Below the pieces are notes generated by a model. The model was not told the DNA's origin and did no database searches. It was given only the letters and a program-made list of their open reading frames with translations. A stretch of DNA of 64,000 nt from an uncultured Oscillospiraceae bacterium (GTDB taxonomy: Bacteria; Bacillota; Clostridia; Oscillospirales; Oscillospiraceae), in assembly GCA_944387095.1 (NCBI GenBank), contig CALXDP010000011.1:12430-76429 (forward strand), in the 5' to 3' direction. A program made the translations under genes and the position numbers. The first letter of the stretch is position 1; each line of letters begins with the position of its first letter. Positions 10,352-20,408 of the stretch are shown one piece after another.

Positions 10352-10570
10352 TTAGTCCTCAGGCTGGGCCACCACGTTGGTGGCGCGCACGCCCTTGGCG
10401 CCCCGGGGATCGGGCTCGGTCTCAAAGGTGACCTTCTGACCCTCCAGCAGCTTCTTGTAGCCGTCAGCCACAATCGCGGAAAAGTGGACGAACACGTCCT
10501 CGGAGCCGTCATCGGGGGTGATGAAGCCATAGCCCTTCTCGGCGTTGAACCATTTTACAGTGCCAGTCAT
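10352..10570 (-). CDS. cspA: cold-shock protein, CspA family
   Basis: [17 protein letters not shown]...DVFVHFSAI carries the RNP1/RNP2 motifs. GGAGG lies 8 nt upstream of the ATG at 10570. Confidence 0.9.
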   Translation of the reverse strand: MTGTVKWFNAEKGYGFITPDDGSEDVFVHFSAIVADGYKKLLEGQKVTFETEPDPRGAKGVRATNVVAQPED

Positions 10571-10712
10571 TTGAATTCCTCCTATAGAGATTAGATTGGA
10601 GTTTTGGAGCAGAGTAGAAAAGCCCGCCCTTTCATGTACGAAGGGCGGGCATACACAGTTCATACACTCAAAACAACGGTTTGATTATAGCACGCTTCTC
10701 CTATACTGTCAA
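10571..10712 (-). promoter_or_regulatory. consensus sigma-A promoter plus ~100-nt 5' UTR of the csp gene
   Basis: On the minus strand, TTGACA (10707-10712), a 17-nt spacer and TATAAT (10684-10689). A long leader is typical of cold-shock mRNAs. Confidence 0.65.
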
Positions 10713-10876
10713 GAGCTAACAGGTCTGCCCTTTTCTCAGGGAAAGTGGCGATTTCACGGAACGCCGGAATTTATGGACGAATATATACAAAAACAAGGCG
10801 CTCTGCCGTTTTAACGGAGAGCGCCTTGCTCTGGCGATAGGTGCAATTACTTTCTGCTTCTTTTTGTGTTTGTGAA

Positions 10877-11617
10877 TCAGATATTTTCTTTTGTTCGTTC
10901 CATGCCACTGCCCGATAGCTTTGCAGCTTTGTTTTTCTGATGCCGTTCTATGACGATACCTATGACCATCGATACAAGAAAAACCGCGCCCCAAATAGCC
11001 CAGCCATAGTGATCATGTCCCCATTCCGCGCCTTCAGGATAGGGGCCAAATGCCATTCCCAACAGAACCCCAAGTACAAACCCGGCCAATGCAGCATAGG
11101 AAAACCTAAGCTTTCCAAAAAGCGCGGGGATGACAGACAGTGCCATTGCATACCAGAACAAGTTGCTGCTGAGAAGCCATCCGTAAAGGTAGCTGTGTTC
11201 GCCGATTGGCTTTGCCGTAAAGAGCCATCCCACGAGATTTCCCTGCGGCAGATCACACCAGATGACGCGGCCAATCAAATAGAGGAGCATATATCCAGCG
11301 GCAATCAGCAGGGCAGTCAGAATATTTCGCCTTTGCCGCCGCTTCTTTTCAACAGCTTTCCTCTCTTCTTCCATTTTATACAGAGCGTAAATTTGTTCTG
11401 CCGGAGATGTTTTATCTTCCTGGGAAGCAAGCAGTAAGTCAACCGTTGTACCAAAGATCTCAGCCAACTTAAACAGATTTTCTGTCGTAGGGGCAGACTG
11501 GTTTGCTTCCCATTTCGTAACAGCTTGGCGACTTACCCCAACTAATTCGGCAACCTTCTCTTGCGACATGCCTGCATCTTGCCGGCAAGTTTTTATTTTT
11601 TCTCCCAATGTCATCAT
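10877..11617 (-). CDS. membrane-anchored XRE-family HTH regulator
   Basis: N-terminal HTH (LGEKIKTCRQDAGMSQEKVAELVGVSRQAVTKWE) followed by about 4 TM segments. GGAGG lies 5 nt upstream. Confidence 0.65.
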   Translation of the reverse strand: MMTLGEKIKTCRQDAGMSQEKVAELVGVSRQAVTKWEANQSAPTTENLFKLAEIFGTTVDLLLASQEDKTSPAEQIYALYKMEEERKAVEKKRRQRRNILTALLIAAGYMLLYLIGRVIWCDLPQGNLVGWLFTAKPIGEHSYLYGWLLSSNLFWYAMALSVIPALFGKLRFSYAALAGFVLGVLLGMAFGPYPEGAEWGHDHYGWAIWGAVFLVSMVIGIVIERHQKNKAAKLSGSGMERTKENI

Positions 11618-11850
11618 CCGCACCTCCTTTTCCCTGTCATCATACCGGAAATTTGTCCTCCTGGCTACCAACTATATGGCAACTATCAGTTGCCATATAA
11701 AAAATTTATTCTTTTTCCATAACACCCTGCTGCCGTTATCGTCGCCTATCATACAAGGACTACGACTCCGTTTCCACGCTGATGCTATTTTTTCGTTCCG
11801 GCCTGCTTTTTGGTGAAACCGCCGGAGTCTGTCTCACCACTGCTCATCTC

Positions 11851-11894
11851 AAAAAGGGACCAGGACTGCGCCCCGCGGGAGCAATCCGGTCCCC
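11851..11894 (-). terminator. intrinsic terminator after the hydrolase gene
   Basis: Stem gggaccagg...ccggtccc with a T-run on the minus strand (and also on the plus strand). Confidence 0.55.
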
Positions 11895-11899
11895 TGTTT

Positions 11900-12646
11900 T
11901 TACTTATGGTCAATTAGATCAAGCAGTTCTTGCACATAGGCGGACGCATGGCTTAGGCTAAATTCTCCATGGGAATATCCCGGAAAAATTTTCAGGGTGG
12001 AGTTTCCCAATACCCGCGCCATATCCTCGGCTGACTGCTTCATAACCCCCTGCTCCCTGCCGCCCACCACTATGAGGGCTTTGGCCTGGCACTCCGAGAG
12101 GGTCCTTTTCAGCTTATATCTGGAATTTTCCAGCAGAAAGGCGATCATATCTTCCTTCCGAACTGCCGCGCTGTCCGCATAGTATTCCTCAAAACGGGAT
12201 GACGGGATCCGCAAACTACGGCACTGCAGCTTTGCAAACCAGCGCAGCTTGACCAGCGGATAGCACAGGGAAAAGACTGGCTTGACCAGGGCACAAGTCA
12301 CCGGGCGTGGCCGGACCAAGGCGTTTTCGATCAGCGCGTACCGGCAAATATCTTTCCGTTGAGACAGCATTTTCACCAAAATCTGTCCCCCCAGGGAAAG
12401 CCCCCCAATCAGGAGGACCTGCCCGCCAAAGCGTGCGTCAATCCAGTCCACCAGGGCGCGGGCATTCTCCTGAATGGTGGAAAAGGGTCGATCACTCCCC
12501 GCATGCCCGTCCAGGATCGGAAGAACCACACGGAACGTTCCCTTTAGCCGCTCCGCCTCGTCCCGATAATTCCAGGGAGACAGCCCGCCGCCATGCAGAA
12601 GGATAATCACCTCGCCGCTCTCCGCGCCGTATTCCATTGCTCGCAT
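11900..12646 (-). CDS. alpha/beta-fold hydrolase
   Basis: HGGG oxyanion motif (ILLHGGGLSPW) and nucleophile elbow GLSLGG. Confidence 0.7.
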   Translation of the reverse strand: MRAMEYGAESGEVIILLHGGGLSPWNYRDEAERLKGTFRVVLPILDGHAGSDRPFSTIQENARALVDWIDARFGGQVLLIGGLSLGGQILVKMLSQRKDICRYALIENALVRPRPVTCALVKPVFSLCYPLVKLRWFAKLQCRSLRIPSSRFEEYYADSAAVRKEDMIAFLLENSRYKLKRTLSECQAKALIVVGGREQGVMKQSAEDMARVLGNSTLKIFPGYSHGEFSLSHASAYVQELLDLIDHK

Positions 12647-12740
12647 TGCCTTTCCTCCATCCCCGGTCCTGGTCCCGGAGGACCGGCACTGGCTGGTTTC
12701 TGGAAATTATGTGGCGTCCTGCCGCCGGGAGATCTGGGTG

Positions 12741-13508
12741 TCAGTCCCGGATGGAGAAGAACCGTTTCCCGTTCTCCAAGGTGATCCGGGCGCACTCCTC
12801 CAGGGAAATTCCCTTGATCTCCGCCAGGCGGGCGCAAGTGTGGACCACCAGGCTGGAGTCGCACCGCTTGCCCCGGCAGGGCACGGGCGCCATGTAGGGG
12901 CTGTCCGTCTCGATCATGATGCGCTCCAGCGGCACCGCCTGGGCCGCCTCCACCGCCTTGCGGGCATTCTGATAGGTGAGCACCCCAGTGAAGGAGATCA
13001 TCCACCCCAGACGCACCAGCTCCCTGGCCATCTCGGCGCTGCCGGAAAAGCAGTGGAACACTCCCCGAACCTTTGGGTAGTCCCGCACAATGTCCAGGCA
13101 GTCCCCGTGGGCCTCCCGGTCATGGACGATGACGGGCAGACGCAGAGACTGGGCCAGCTCCATTTGCCGGCGAAACACGTTCTGCTGCAGAGCCCGGGGC
13201 GGGTTCTCCTTCCAGTAGTAGTCCAGGCCGATCTCCCCGATGGCCCGCACCTTCCGGTGGGAGGCCAGCTGGCGCAGCTCCAGCAGGCAGCCGTCCTCCC
13301 AGTCGGCGCAGTCCTCTGGATGCACCCCTACCGCCGCATAGACATAGGGATAGCGCTCCGCCAGCTCCACCGCCTTCCGGCTGGAGGGCAGGTCACAGCC
13401 TGGGTTCAACACCAGGCTTACGCCCTGCTCCGGCAGTCCGGCCAGCACCGTGTCGCGGTCGCGGTCAAACTGTCTGGAGTCGTAGTGGGCGTGGGTGTCA
13501 AACAGCAT
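12741..13508 (-). CDS. TatD-family metal-dependent hydrolase
   Basis: MLFDTHAHYD start, GEIGLDY and VHDREAH motifs. Confidence 0.85.
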   Translation of the reverse strand: MLFDTHAHYDSRQFDRDRDTVLAGLPEQGVSLVLNPGCDLPSSRKAVELAERYPYVYAAVGVHPEDCADWEDGCLLELRQLASHRKVRAIGEIGLDYYWKENPPRALQQNVFRRQMELAQSLRLPVIVHDREAHGDCLDIVRDYPKVRGVFHCFSGSAEMARELVRLGWMISFTGVLTYQNARKAVEAAQAVPLERIMIETDSPYMAPVPCRGKRCDSSLVVHTCARLAEIKGISLEECARITLENGKRFFSIRD

Positions 13509-13562
13509 TTTCCATCCTCCTTTCGCGAAAGCAGGGGACGCAGCACGTCCCCTGTCTCACGG

Positions 13563-14273
13563 TCACCGCGCGTTTTCCTCCGCGTTGAAGGAGACCCGGA
13601 ACAGATCCCCCACCGTATCATTGGTGAAGTATTCTTCAAAGTAGATGGCGTAGTCCCTCGCCCCGGCGGGCACCGCGTAGAGCAGAATACCGGTGCGCTC
13701 CTCGTTGATCCCCAGGTCATAGGAGGCGGGCAGCTGCTGCTCACTCAGGGAAATGTACTCCTCCTCCCCATCCGCGTTGATCTCGCTCCCGCACAGCGGG
13801 AAGGCATAGTTCTCGTCAGGGTCCTCCCCCTCCTGCACGTCCCACTGGACCTGGAAGTCCACCACAGTCATGGGTTGGGTAGACAGGGTGTTGTTGTGCA
13901 GCGTGATCTCCACCACCAGGAATTTGCATCCATCGGCGGGCGCCGGCCGGTCGTAAAACTCTGTCAGATAGTTCGCTCCGTCCTCCTGCGCGGTCAAGCC
14001 GTCAAATTCCTCACAGGTATAGGCGCTATTAATGGTAAAATTAAAAAATGCCGTGTCCAAGGTATCCCCCAGATAGCCCATGGCATAGCCGTCCTCGTCC
14101 GGGGTGATCACATCGCCCGAATCATCCTGGCCGGGCTGGGAAGACTCCTGCTCGTCCGGCGTTTCCGTGACGGAACCCGGCGGGTCGAAGCTGATGGGGG
14201 GCTCAAAACTGCCGGTGCAGGCGCTCAGGGCCAGCAGCGCGGCCGCCAGCAGGGACAGGGTCATTTTTTTCAT
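13563..14273 (-). CDS. lipoprotein of unknown function
   Basis: MKKMTLSLLAAALLALSAC is a signal peptide with a lipobox. An acidic linker precedes a beta-rich domain. Confidence 0.6.
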   Translation of the reverse strand: MKKMTLSLLAAALLALSACTGSFEPPISFDPPGSVTETPDEQESSQPGQDDSGDVITPDEDGYAMGYLGDTLDTAFFNFTINSAYTCEEFDGLTAQEDGANYLTEFYDRPAPADGCKFLVVEITLHNNTLSTQPMTVVDFQVQWDVQEGEDPDENYAFPLCGSEINADGEEEYISLSEQQLPASYDLGINEERTGILLYAVPAGARDYAIYFEEYFTNDTVGDLFRVSFNAEENAR

Positions 14274-14420
14274 GTTTGTTTCTCCTCTCTCATGGGTTAT
14301 CATCATTCATTGGGCCGGCATCATAGCTTGCCTGCTGCCGGGCGCGGCTTCCCTCCAGCTCGGAACACAAACATCCGAACCTGCGGTCCTCCTTGATTTG
14401 CATGCCGCGCTCCGGTCCAT

Positions 14421-14453
14421 CCGCGCTGCTCGCGACGGCTCGGGCGCTTAGCC
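14421..14453. repeat. direct repeat copy 1 (about 33 nt)
   Basis: ccgcgctgctcgcgacggctcgggcgcttagcc matches 14599-14630 at about 27 of 33 positions. Confidence 0.6.
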
Positions 14454-14598
14454 GCATCAAGCCTCACCTACTGCCGGACGCGGCTTGCGCCGCGGCAAAG
14501 TCCGTCCCGCTCCATTTTGACTGGGCAAAATTCGGGAACTGCCTTGTTCCGCCTTGCCAGGCTGAACCCGCTTCACTGGGCTTCAACTTGGTTTTTCC

Positions 14599-14630
14599 CC
14601 GCGCTGCTCGCCACAGCTTGGGCACTTGCC
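14599..14630. repeat. direct repeat copy 2, abutting the metG stop codon
   Basis: ccgcgctgctcgccacagcttgggcacttgcc. It shares the 10-mer cacagcttgg with the last codons of metG. Confidence 0.6.
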
Positions 14631-14631
14631 T

Positions 14632-16680
14632 TCAGCACAGCTTGGCGCCGGCGGGAATGGCGTCGTCCACCATGATAAGGTGAAGTCTCTCCTCCCCGTG
14701 CTCGGTGTGCACCGCGGAGAGGAGCATGCCGTTGGACTCCAGCCCCATCATCTTCCGGGGGGGCAGATTGACAATGGCCGCCAGGGTCTTTCCAATGAGC
14801 TCCTCCGGCTTATAGTACATGGCAATGCCGGACAGGATCTGCCGGTCGGTGCCGGTGCCGTCGTCCAGGGTGAAGCGCAGCAGTTTGTTGGATTTTTTCA
14901 CGCTCTGGCAGTCCTTCACCTTCACCACCCGGAAATCGGACTTGCAGAAGGTGTCAAAGTCCACGGTTTCCGTCAGCTGGGGCTCCACCTCGATGGGGGG
15001 CAGGTCCGCCTTTCGCGCGGCCTCCTCCGCCCGCTCCAGCGCCTCCAGTGCCTGGTCCAGGTCCACCCGGGGGAAGAGATTCTCCCCCTTGGTGACGGCG
15101 GCGGTATCACTCAGCCGGCCCCATACCCCGGCGCTCTCCCAGTTCTGGCACCCCTCGCAGGCTCCGATCTGGGCGAAAAGCTTGCCCATGCTCTCAGGCA
15201 TGAAGGGAGTGAGCAGCACACCGCAGATCCGGGCTGCCTCCAGCAGGTTGTACAGCACATGGGCCAGCCGGGGGCCGTTGTCCTCCATATCCTTGGCCAG
15301 GGTCCAGGGTGTGTTCTCGTCGATATACTTGTTGGCCCGCTGGATGAGGGCAAAGACCTCCTCCAGGGCCTTATGGGGGGCATAGGCGTCCATAGCCGCC
15401 TGATAGCGGTCCCGCAGGCCAGCGGCCAGGGAGACGAGCTCGGCATCGAACTTCTTCTCCCCTTCCGCAGCTGTCAGCATCCCTACGGATGCCGGCGCGG
15501 CGGCCCGGCCAGCCAGCTCCTTCTCTTCCCCTGTGGCCCCGCAGCCGGCGGGGAGCTGCCCGCCGAAGTACTTGCCCACCATGGCGGTGGTGCGGCTGAC
15601 CAGATTGCCCAGGTCGTTGGCCAGGTCGGTGTTGATGGTCTGGATGAGCAGCTCGTTGGAAAAGTTTCCGTCAGAGCCAAAGGGGAAGGTGCGCATGAGG
15701 AAAAACCGCAGCGCATCCACCCCGAACATCTCCGAAAGGATATAGGGATCCACCACGTTGCCCTTGGACTTGGACATCTTCCCCCCGTCCAGCAGCAGCC
15801 ATCCGTGGCCGAACACCTTCCTGGGCAGGGGCAGCCCCAGGCTCATAAGCATGGCGGGCCAAATGATGGCGTGAAAGCGGACGATCTCCTTGCCCACGAT
15901 ATGCACATCGGCGGGCCAGAACCTGTCAAAGTCATCATACTTGTCGTTGGCATAGCCCAGGGCTGTGATATAGTTGGACAGCGCGTCGATCCACACGTAT
16001 ACCACATGGCCGGGATCAAAGTCCACCGGCACCCCCCAGGTGAAGGAGGTTCGGGACACGCACAGATCCTCCAGCCCCGGCTTGATGAAGTTGTTCACCA
16101 TCTCGTGAACCCGGCTGCGGGGCTCCAAAAAGTCCGTGTTCTCCAGCAGGTCCTGGATGCGTCCGGCGTACTTGGACAGGCGGAAGAAGTAGGCCTTCTC
16201 CTGGGCGTCCTGAACCTCCCGCCCGCAGTCGGGGCATCGGCCATCCACCAGCTGGGACTCGGTCCAGAAGGACTCGCAGGGCTTGCAGTACTTGCCCTGG
16301 TACACCCCCTTATAGATGTCCCCGTTGTCGTACATCCGCTTGAAGATCTTCTGGATGGCCTTCACATGGTAGTCGTCGGTGGTGCGGATGAACCGGTCGT
16401 TGGAGATGTTCATCAGCTTCCACAGGTCCTTGACCCCCCGGGGACCCTCCACAATGTTGTCCACAAACGCCTTGGGGCTGACCCCCGCCTCTTTCGCCTT
16501 GTCCTCGATCTTCTGCCCGTGCTCGTCGGTGCCGGTCAAAAACATCACATCATAGCCCTGCAGCCGCTTGTACCGGGCAATGGTGTCGGTGGCCACAGTG
16601 CAGTAGGCGTGGCCGATGTGTAGCTTATCCGACGGATAGTAAATGGGCGTTGTCAAATAAAACTTCGGTTTCTCACTCAT
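14632..16680 (-). CDS. metG: methionine--tRNA ligase with C-terminal tRNA-binding domain
   Basis: HIGH-type HIGHAY, KMSKS (GKMSKSKGN), zinc knuckle CPDCG and a C-terminal EMAP/Trbp111-like domain. Confidence 0.95.
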   Translation of the reverse strand: MSEKPKFYLTTPIYYPSDKLHIGHAYCTVATDTIARYKRLQGYDVMFLTGTDEHGQKIEDKAKEAGVSPKAFVDNIVEGPRGVKDLWKLMNISNDRFIRTTDDYHVKAIQKIFKRMYDNGDIYKGVYQGKYCKPCESFWTESQLVDGRCPDCGREVQDAQEKAYFFRLSKYAGRIQDLLENTDFLEPRSRVHEMVNNFIKPGLEDLCVSRTSFTWGVPVDFDPGHVVYVWIDALSNYITALGYANDKYDDFDRFWPADVHIVGKEIVRFHAIIWPAMLMSLGLPLPRKVFGHGWLLLDGGKMSKSKGNVVDPYILSEMFGVDALRFFLMRTFPFGSDGNFSNELLIQTINTDLANDLGNLVSRTTAMVGKYFGGQLPAGCGATGEEKELAGRAAAPASVGMLTAAEGEKKFDAELVSLAAGLRDRYQAAMDAYAPHKALEEVFALIQRANKYIDENTPWTLAKDMEDNGPRLAHVLYNLLEAARICGVLLTPFMPESMGKLFAQIGACEGCQNWESAGVWGRLSDTAAVTKGENLFPRVDLDQALEALERAEEAARKADLPPIEVEPQLTETVDFDTFCKSDFRVVKVKDCQSVKKSNKLLRFTLDDGTGTDRQILSGIAMYYKPEELIGKTLAAIVNLPPRKMMGLESNGMLLSAVHTEHGEERLHLIMVDDAIPAGAKLC

Positions 16681-17623
16681 GGGGTTGTTCCTCCTGTATC
16701 TCCCCCGCCGGGCTCTCCCCAGACGGTTCTTCCTCTTCTCCCTCGTCCGGCCACTGCTTTTCCGGCTCCGGGACGGATACCCGGGTAGCCCAGGTGGGGT
16801 GCTCTAAATTGACGGGCAGGCGGCTGAGCACTACAAAGGACGTCACCAGCTGGGAGAGCAGCAGCAGAGCCTCCCCCAACTGCCAGTCTCCCGCCAGGGC
16901 CACAGCGGTGAGCACCGCCGTCATCCCCGCCATCCACAGGGTCCGCCGGGGCCTGGGCTGTCCGGAGGACAGCCCGCCCCAATCCATATACATCAGCATG
17001 CCCGCCACCACCGAGAGCAGCAAGGGCACATAGTCCCACAGCACTGGGTCGGCGGCGTGGCCCCGATAGAGCTCCATGAGCCACACACAGCCGTTGACGG
17101 CGGGCAGCACAATGGCGCTTTTCCCGTGGCCCCTGCCCCGATAAGCCGCCCGGGCCACCGCCATCAGCCCCACACCCCCCGCCAGGGAGGCAGCCGCGGT
17201 GGCCATGACCAGGATCCCGTTGTTGCCGGTCTTCTCAACGCTGTCCCGGAAGGTCCGCCACAACTCCCAGCCGTCCCGAAACAGCAGGGGGGCGGCGGCC
17301 AGCATTAGGAAGGCGGCCAACACCATCACACCCAGTCCCAGGGAATCCCCCGGGGCGGCCAGGGCCCGGTCCCAGCGGCCCTTCCGTTTCTCGCCCCTGG
17401 GCGGCTCCACCACCCGCTGGCCCGCAGCCAGCAGTCCAAAGGCCGCCCCGGCAATCACCAGGGTACAGCCCAGGGCCATGCTGGCCGGCGCCATGGGGAC
17501 GGCCAGATTCAGCTCCCCCTCAAAGGCGGTGGCCAACTGCCAGCGGCGCAGGGTCGCGGCGACCAGGGCCAGGGCCAGGGTACACAGCAGCCACAGAGGT
17601 CTGCCGGATCGCTGCGTTTTCAT
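16673..17623 (-). CDS. polytopic membrane protein with acidic C-terminal tail
   Basis: Start MKTQRSGRPLWLL at 17623, multiple TM segments and an EEEEP tail. It overlaps the metG start by 8 nt. The track ORF 16673..18088 is a run-on into the lepB antisense frame. Confidence 0.55.
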   Translation of the reverse strand: MKTQRSGRPLWLLCTLALALVAATLRRWQLATAFEGELNLAVPMAPASMALGCTLVIAGAAFGLLAAGQRVVEPPRGEKRKGRWDRALAAPGDSLGLGVMVLAAFLMLAAAPLLFRDGWELWRTFRDSVEKTGNNGILVMATAAASLAGGVGLMAVARAAYRGRGHGKSAIVLPAVNGCVWLMELYRGHAADPVLWDYVPLLLSVVAGMLMYMDWGGLSSGQPRPRRTLWMAGMTAVLTAVALAGDWQLGEALLLLSQLVTSFVVLSRLPVNLEHPTWATRVSVPEPEKQWPDEGEEEEPSGESPAGEIQEEQPHE

Positions 17624-17639
17624 CCGCGTACCCCTCCCA

Positions 17640-18263
17640 TCACAGCAGTCCGAAGTCGGAGAAGGGGAAGAGCACCATGACCACCCGGCCAATGACGCAC
17701 CGCTCGTCCACGATCCCGATCTCCGGATAGCGGCTATCCGCCGACTGGTTTCGGTTGTCCCCCATGACAAAGATGCAGCCCTCGGGCACAGTGATATGGT
17801 TGACCACATCCCCGTAGTTGGGGATCTGCATGGGCTCCTTGATATAGTCTTCCTCCAGGGCCATGCCATCCACATACACCGTGCCGGTATCGTAGTCAAT
17901 GTCCACGCTCTGGCCCCCGGTGGCGATGACCCGCTTGACGATGGAGTCCTCCTGGTAGGAGCGCTTGGTGAGCACCACGATGTCCCCCTGCCGGGGGGCA
18001 TAGCCCAGGGTCCACACCAGCATGGCGTCCCCGTTCTGAAGGGTATTTTCCATGGAGGGGCCGCTGACCACGATGATGCGCAGCACAAAGGTAAACAACA
18101 GGATGAGCACCGCCAGCACCGTCACCAGGGTACGCACATTCTGGTACATCTCCCGGCCCACGCTCTGAGGCTCGTTCTGGCCCTGCCGCGCCACCCGCTT
18201 TCCGCCCCGGTTGGCGGCAGGCTGGCTTTGAGTCTCCCACTCCCAATCCACTTCTTTTTCCAT
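17640..18263 (-). CDS. lepB: signal peptidase I
   Basis: SGPSMENTL (catalytic Ser) and GDNRNQSADSR boxes. Confidence 0.9.
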   Translation of the reverse strand: MEKEVDWEWETQSQPAANRGGKRVARQGQNEPQSVGREMYQNVRTLVTVLAVLILLFTFVLRIIVVSGPSMENTLQNGDAMLVWTLGYAPRQGDIVVLTKRSYQEDSIVKRVIATGGQSVDIDYDTGTVYVDGMALEEDYIKEPMQIPNYGDVVNHITVPEGCIFVMGDNRNQSADSRYPEIGIVDERCVIGRVVMVLFPFSDFGLL

Positions 18264-18275
18264 CGCTCTGCTCCC

Positions 18276-20135
18276 TTATGCCTGTATCTCCCCGGCCAAA
18301 GCGGCGGGATCTTCGTATACTTTCTGGAACTGCCCGGCGTCCATGGTCTCATACTTCAGCAGATACTGGGCCACCAGCTCCAGCTTATCCCGGTCCCGGG
18401 CGAGAATCTCCCTGCATCGGGCATAGGCGCTGTCCAGCAGGGATTTTACCTCCTCGTCGATGAGGGCCGCCGTCTCCTCGGAATAGGGCTTGGCCTGGGC
18501 CATGGACCGGCCGATAAACACCTCGTCATGGCCGGTGGTGAAGGTGACGTTGCCCAGCTTCTCACTCATACCGTACTTGGTCACCATGTCCCGGGCGATG
18601 GCGGTGGCCCGCTGCAAATCACTCACCGCCCCAGTGCACACAAAGCCCAGGGCGGTCTCCTCCGCGCACCGTCCCCCCAGCAGGGTGGACAGGGTCTCCA
18701 CCAGCCTCTGCCGGGTGATATGACTGCGGTCCTCCTGGGGCCGGTTGATGGTCATGCCCGCCGCCTGCCCCCGGGGGACGATGGTGATCTGATGCACCGG
18801 ATCCTGGGTGGGCAGGGCATGGCTGACCACCGCGTGGCCCGCCTCATGGTAGGCGGTGATCTTCCGGTCCTCCTCGATCTGCGCCCGGCTCTTCTTCTCC
18901 GGGCCGGCGATCACCTTGATCACCGACTCCTGGATGTTGGCCAGGGTAATGAAGGGCTGCCCCTTCCGGGCGGCCAGCAGGGCCGCCTCGTTCATCAAGT
19001 TCTCCAGATCGGCCCCGGTGAAGCCGGTGGTCTCCCGGGCGATCTCCCTCAGGTCCACGTCCTCCGCCAAGGGCTTGCGCCGGGCGTGGACCTTCAAAAT
19101 TTCCTCCCGGCCCTTCATGTCCGGCCAGCCCACATACACCTGCCGGTCAAACCGGCCGGGGCGCAGCAAGGCAGGGTCCAGAATGTCCTGCCGGTTGGTG
19201 GCCGCCAACACGATGACCCCCTCGTTGGCCGCAAAGCCGTCCATCTCCACCAACAGCTGGTTGAGGGTCTGCTCCCGCTCGTCGTGGCCGCCGCCCAGGC
19301 CCGCGCCCCGCTGGCGGCCCACCGCGTCGATCTCGTCGATAAACACGATGCAGGGGGCCTCCTTCTTGGCTTGGTCGAACAGGTCCCGGACCCGGGACGC
19401 CCCAACGCCCACATACAGCTCCACAAAGTCGGAGCCGGAGATGGACAGGAACTTCACCCCGGCCTCGCCCGCCACCGCCTTAGCCAGCAAAGTCTTGCCG
19501 GTGCCCGGCGGCCCCACCAGCAGCACCCCCTTGGGGATGCGGGCGCCCAGGTTGGTAAACTTCTGAGGATCCCGGAGAAAATCCACCAGCTCCTGCAGCT
19601 CCGCCTTTTCCTCGTCCGCTCCGGCCACGTCGGCAAAGGTCACGCTGCTGCGCTCCTGGCCGCTGACCACCCGGGCCTGGCCAAAGCGGCTCATGCCCCC
19701 CTGGCCGCCTCCCTGGGCGTTCTGCTGCCGCATGGCCATCATCCACCAGATGACCATCACCAGCACCACCGACACCACCGCCGGCAGCACCACCAGCGCC
19801 CACTGGGGCAGCTCCATCTTCTGCTGATATTCATAGTAGGTAATGACGCCCGCGGTGCTCTGCTCCTGGATGAGCGCGCCCAAGTCCGCGTGGAACAGCT
19901 CCAGGCTGGCCAGGGCGTGGTAGCGCACGCTGCCGTCCGCCAGGGTCATGGTCACCACATCGTCATCCCCCACGCTGAACTGCCGCACCTGCTCCTGCTC
20001 AAAGTAGCCCACCATATCGGAGTAGGACACATAGCCCTGCCGGTGAGCCCCGCTGAAGGCGCTGAAGCTCCAAAGGAGCAACAGGATGACGATTACATAG
20101 AGCAGTATGCCCCGAAATCTGCTTGCTTGCTTCAC
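18276..20135 (-). CDS. ftsH: ATP-dependent zinc metalloprotease FtsH
   Basis: Walker [12 protein letters not shown] region and the HEAGH zinc site. Confidence 0.95.
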   Translation of the reverse strand: MKQASRFRGILLYVIVILLLLWSFSAFSGAHRQGYVSYSDMVGYFEQEQVRQFSVGDDDVVTMTLADGSVRYHALASLELFHADLGALIQEQSTAGVITYYEYQQKMELPQWALVVLPAVVSVVLVMVIWWMMAMRQQNAQGGGQGGMSRFGQARVVSGQERSSVTFADVAGADEEKAELQELVDFLRDPQKFTNLGARIPKGVLLVGPPGTGKTLLAKAVAGEAGVKFLSISGSDFVELYVGVGASRVRDLFDQAKKEAPCIVFIDEIDAVGRQRGAGLGGGHDEREQTLNQLLVEMDGFAANEGVIVLAATNRQDILDPALLRPGRFDRQVYVGWPDMKGREEILKVHARRKPLAEDVDLREIARETTGFTGADLENLMNEAALLAARKGQPFITLANIQESVIKVIAGPEKKSRAQIEEDRKITAYHEAGHAVVSHALPTQDPVHQITIVPRGQAAGMTINRPQEDRSHITRQRLVETLSTLLGGRCAEETALGFVCTGAVSDLQRATAIARDMVTKYGMSEKLGNVTFTTGHDEVFIGRSMAQAKPYSEETAALIDEEVKSLLDSAYARCREILARDRDKLELVAQYLLKYETMDAGQFQKVYEDPAALAGEIQA

Positions 20136-20181
20136 AGTCGTTTCCTCTTACTTCCCGCCGTGGTCCCCACGGCTTCAAATT

Positions 20182-20277
20182 TTAAACTTCTCTTTTTCGC
20201 CCGCCGTATCCGCCGAGCTCTAAAGTCCCAATGTATGAAAGATTCCGGCATTTCTCATCATAGTCCAGCCCATAGTC
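20182..20277 (-). pseudogene. degenerate second copy of the hpt 3' coding end
   Basis: Conceptual minus-strand translation is [31 protein letters not shown]. The true C-terminus is [26 protein letters not shown]. A ~55-nt core is nearly identical to 20434-20490. Confidence 0.7.
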
Positions 20278-20408
20278 TGCCCCATGGAAGGGGCTCTTTC
20301 CTGAAAGGCCCCGTCCACGGGGGCCCCGTCAATTTTATCTATCGCCGGGCGGAAGTGAATCCCACCCTGGCGCCGCCGCATCTGCGGCGAGGGTGGTGGG
20401 CTATGGCC

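Noticed and set aside
14626-16623. 665-aa ORF on the plus strand. The same applies to 24137-26155 (+), 39469-41124 (-), 47244-48929 (+), 54077-55777 (+), 12711-14396 (+) and 20943-22292 (+).
   Set aside because: All are antisense shadows of strongly supported genes (metG, gdpP, glgP, pgm, helicase, tatD/lipoprotein, tilS) and carry no recognisable domains.
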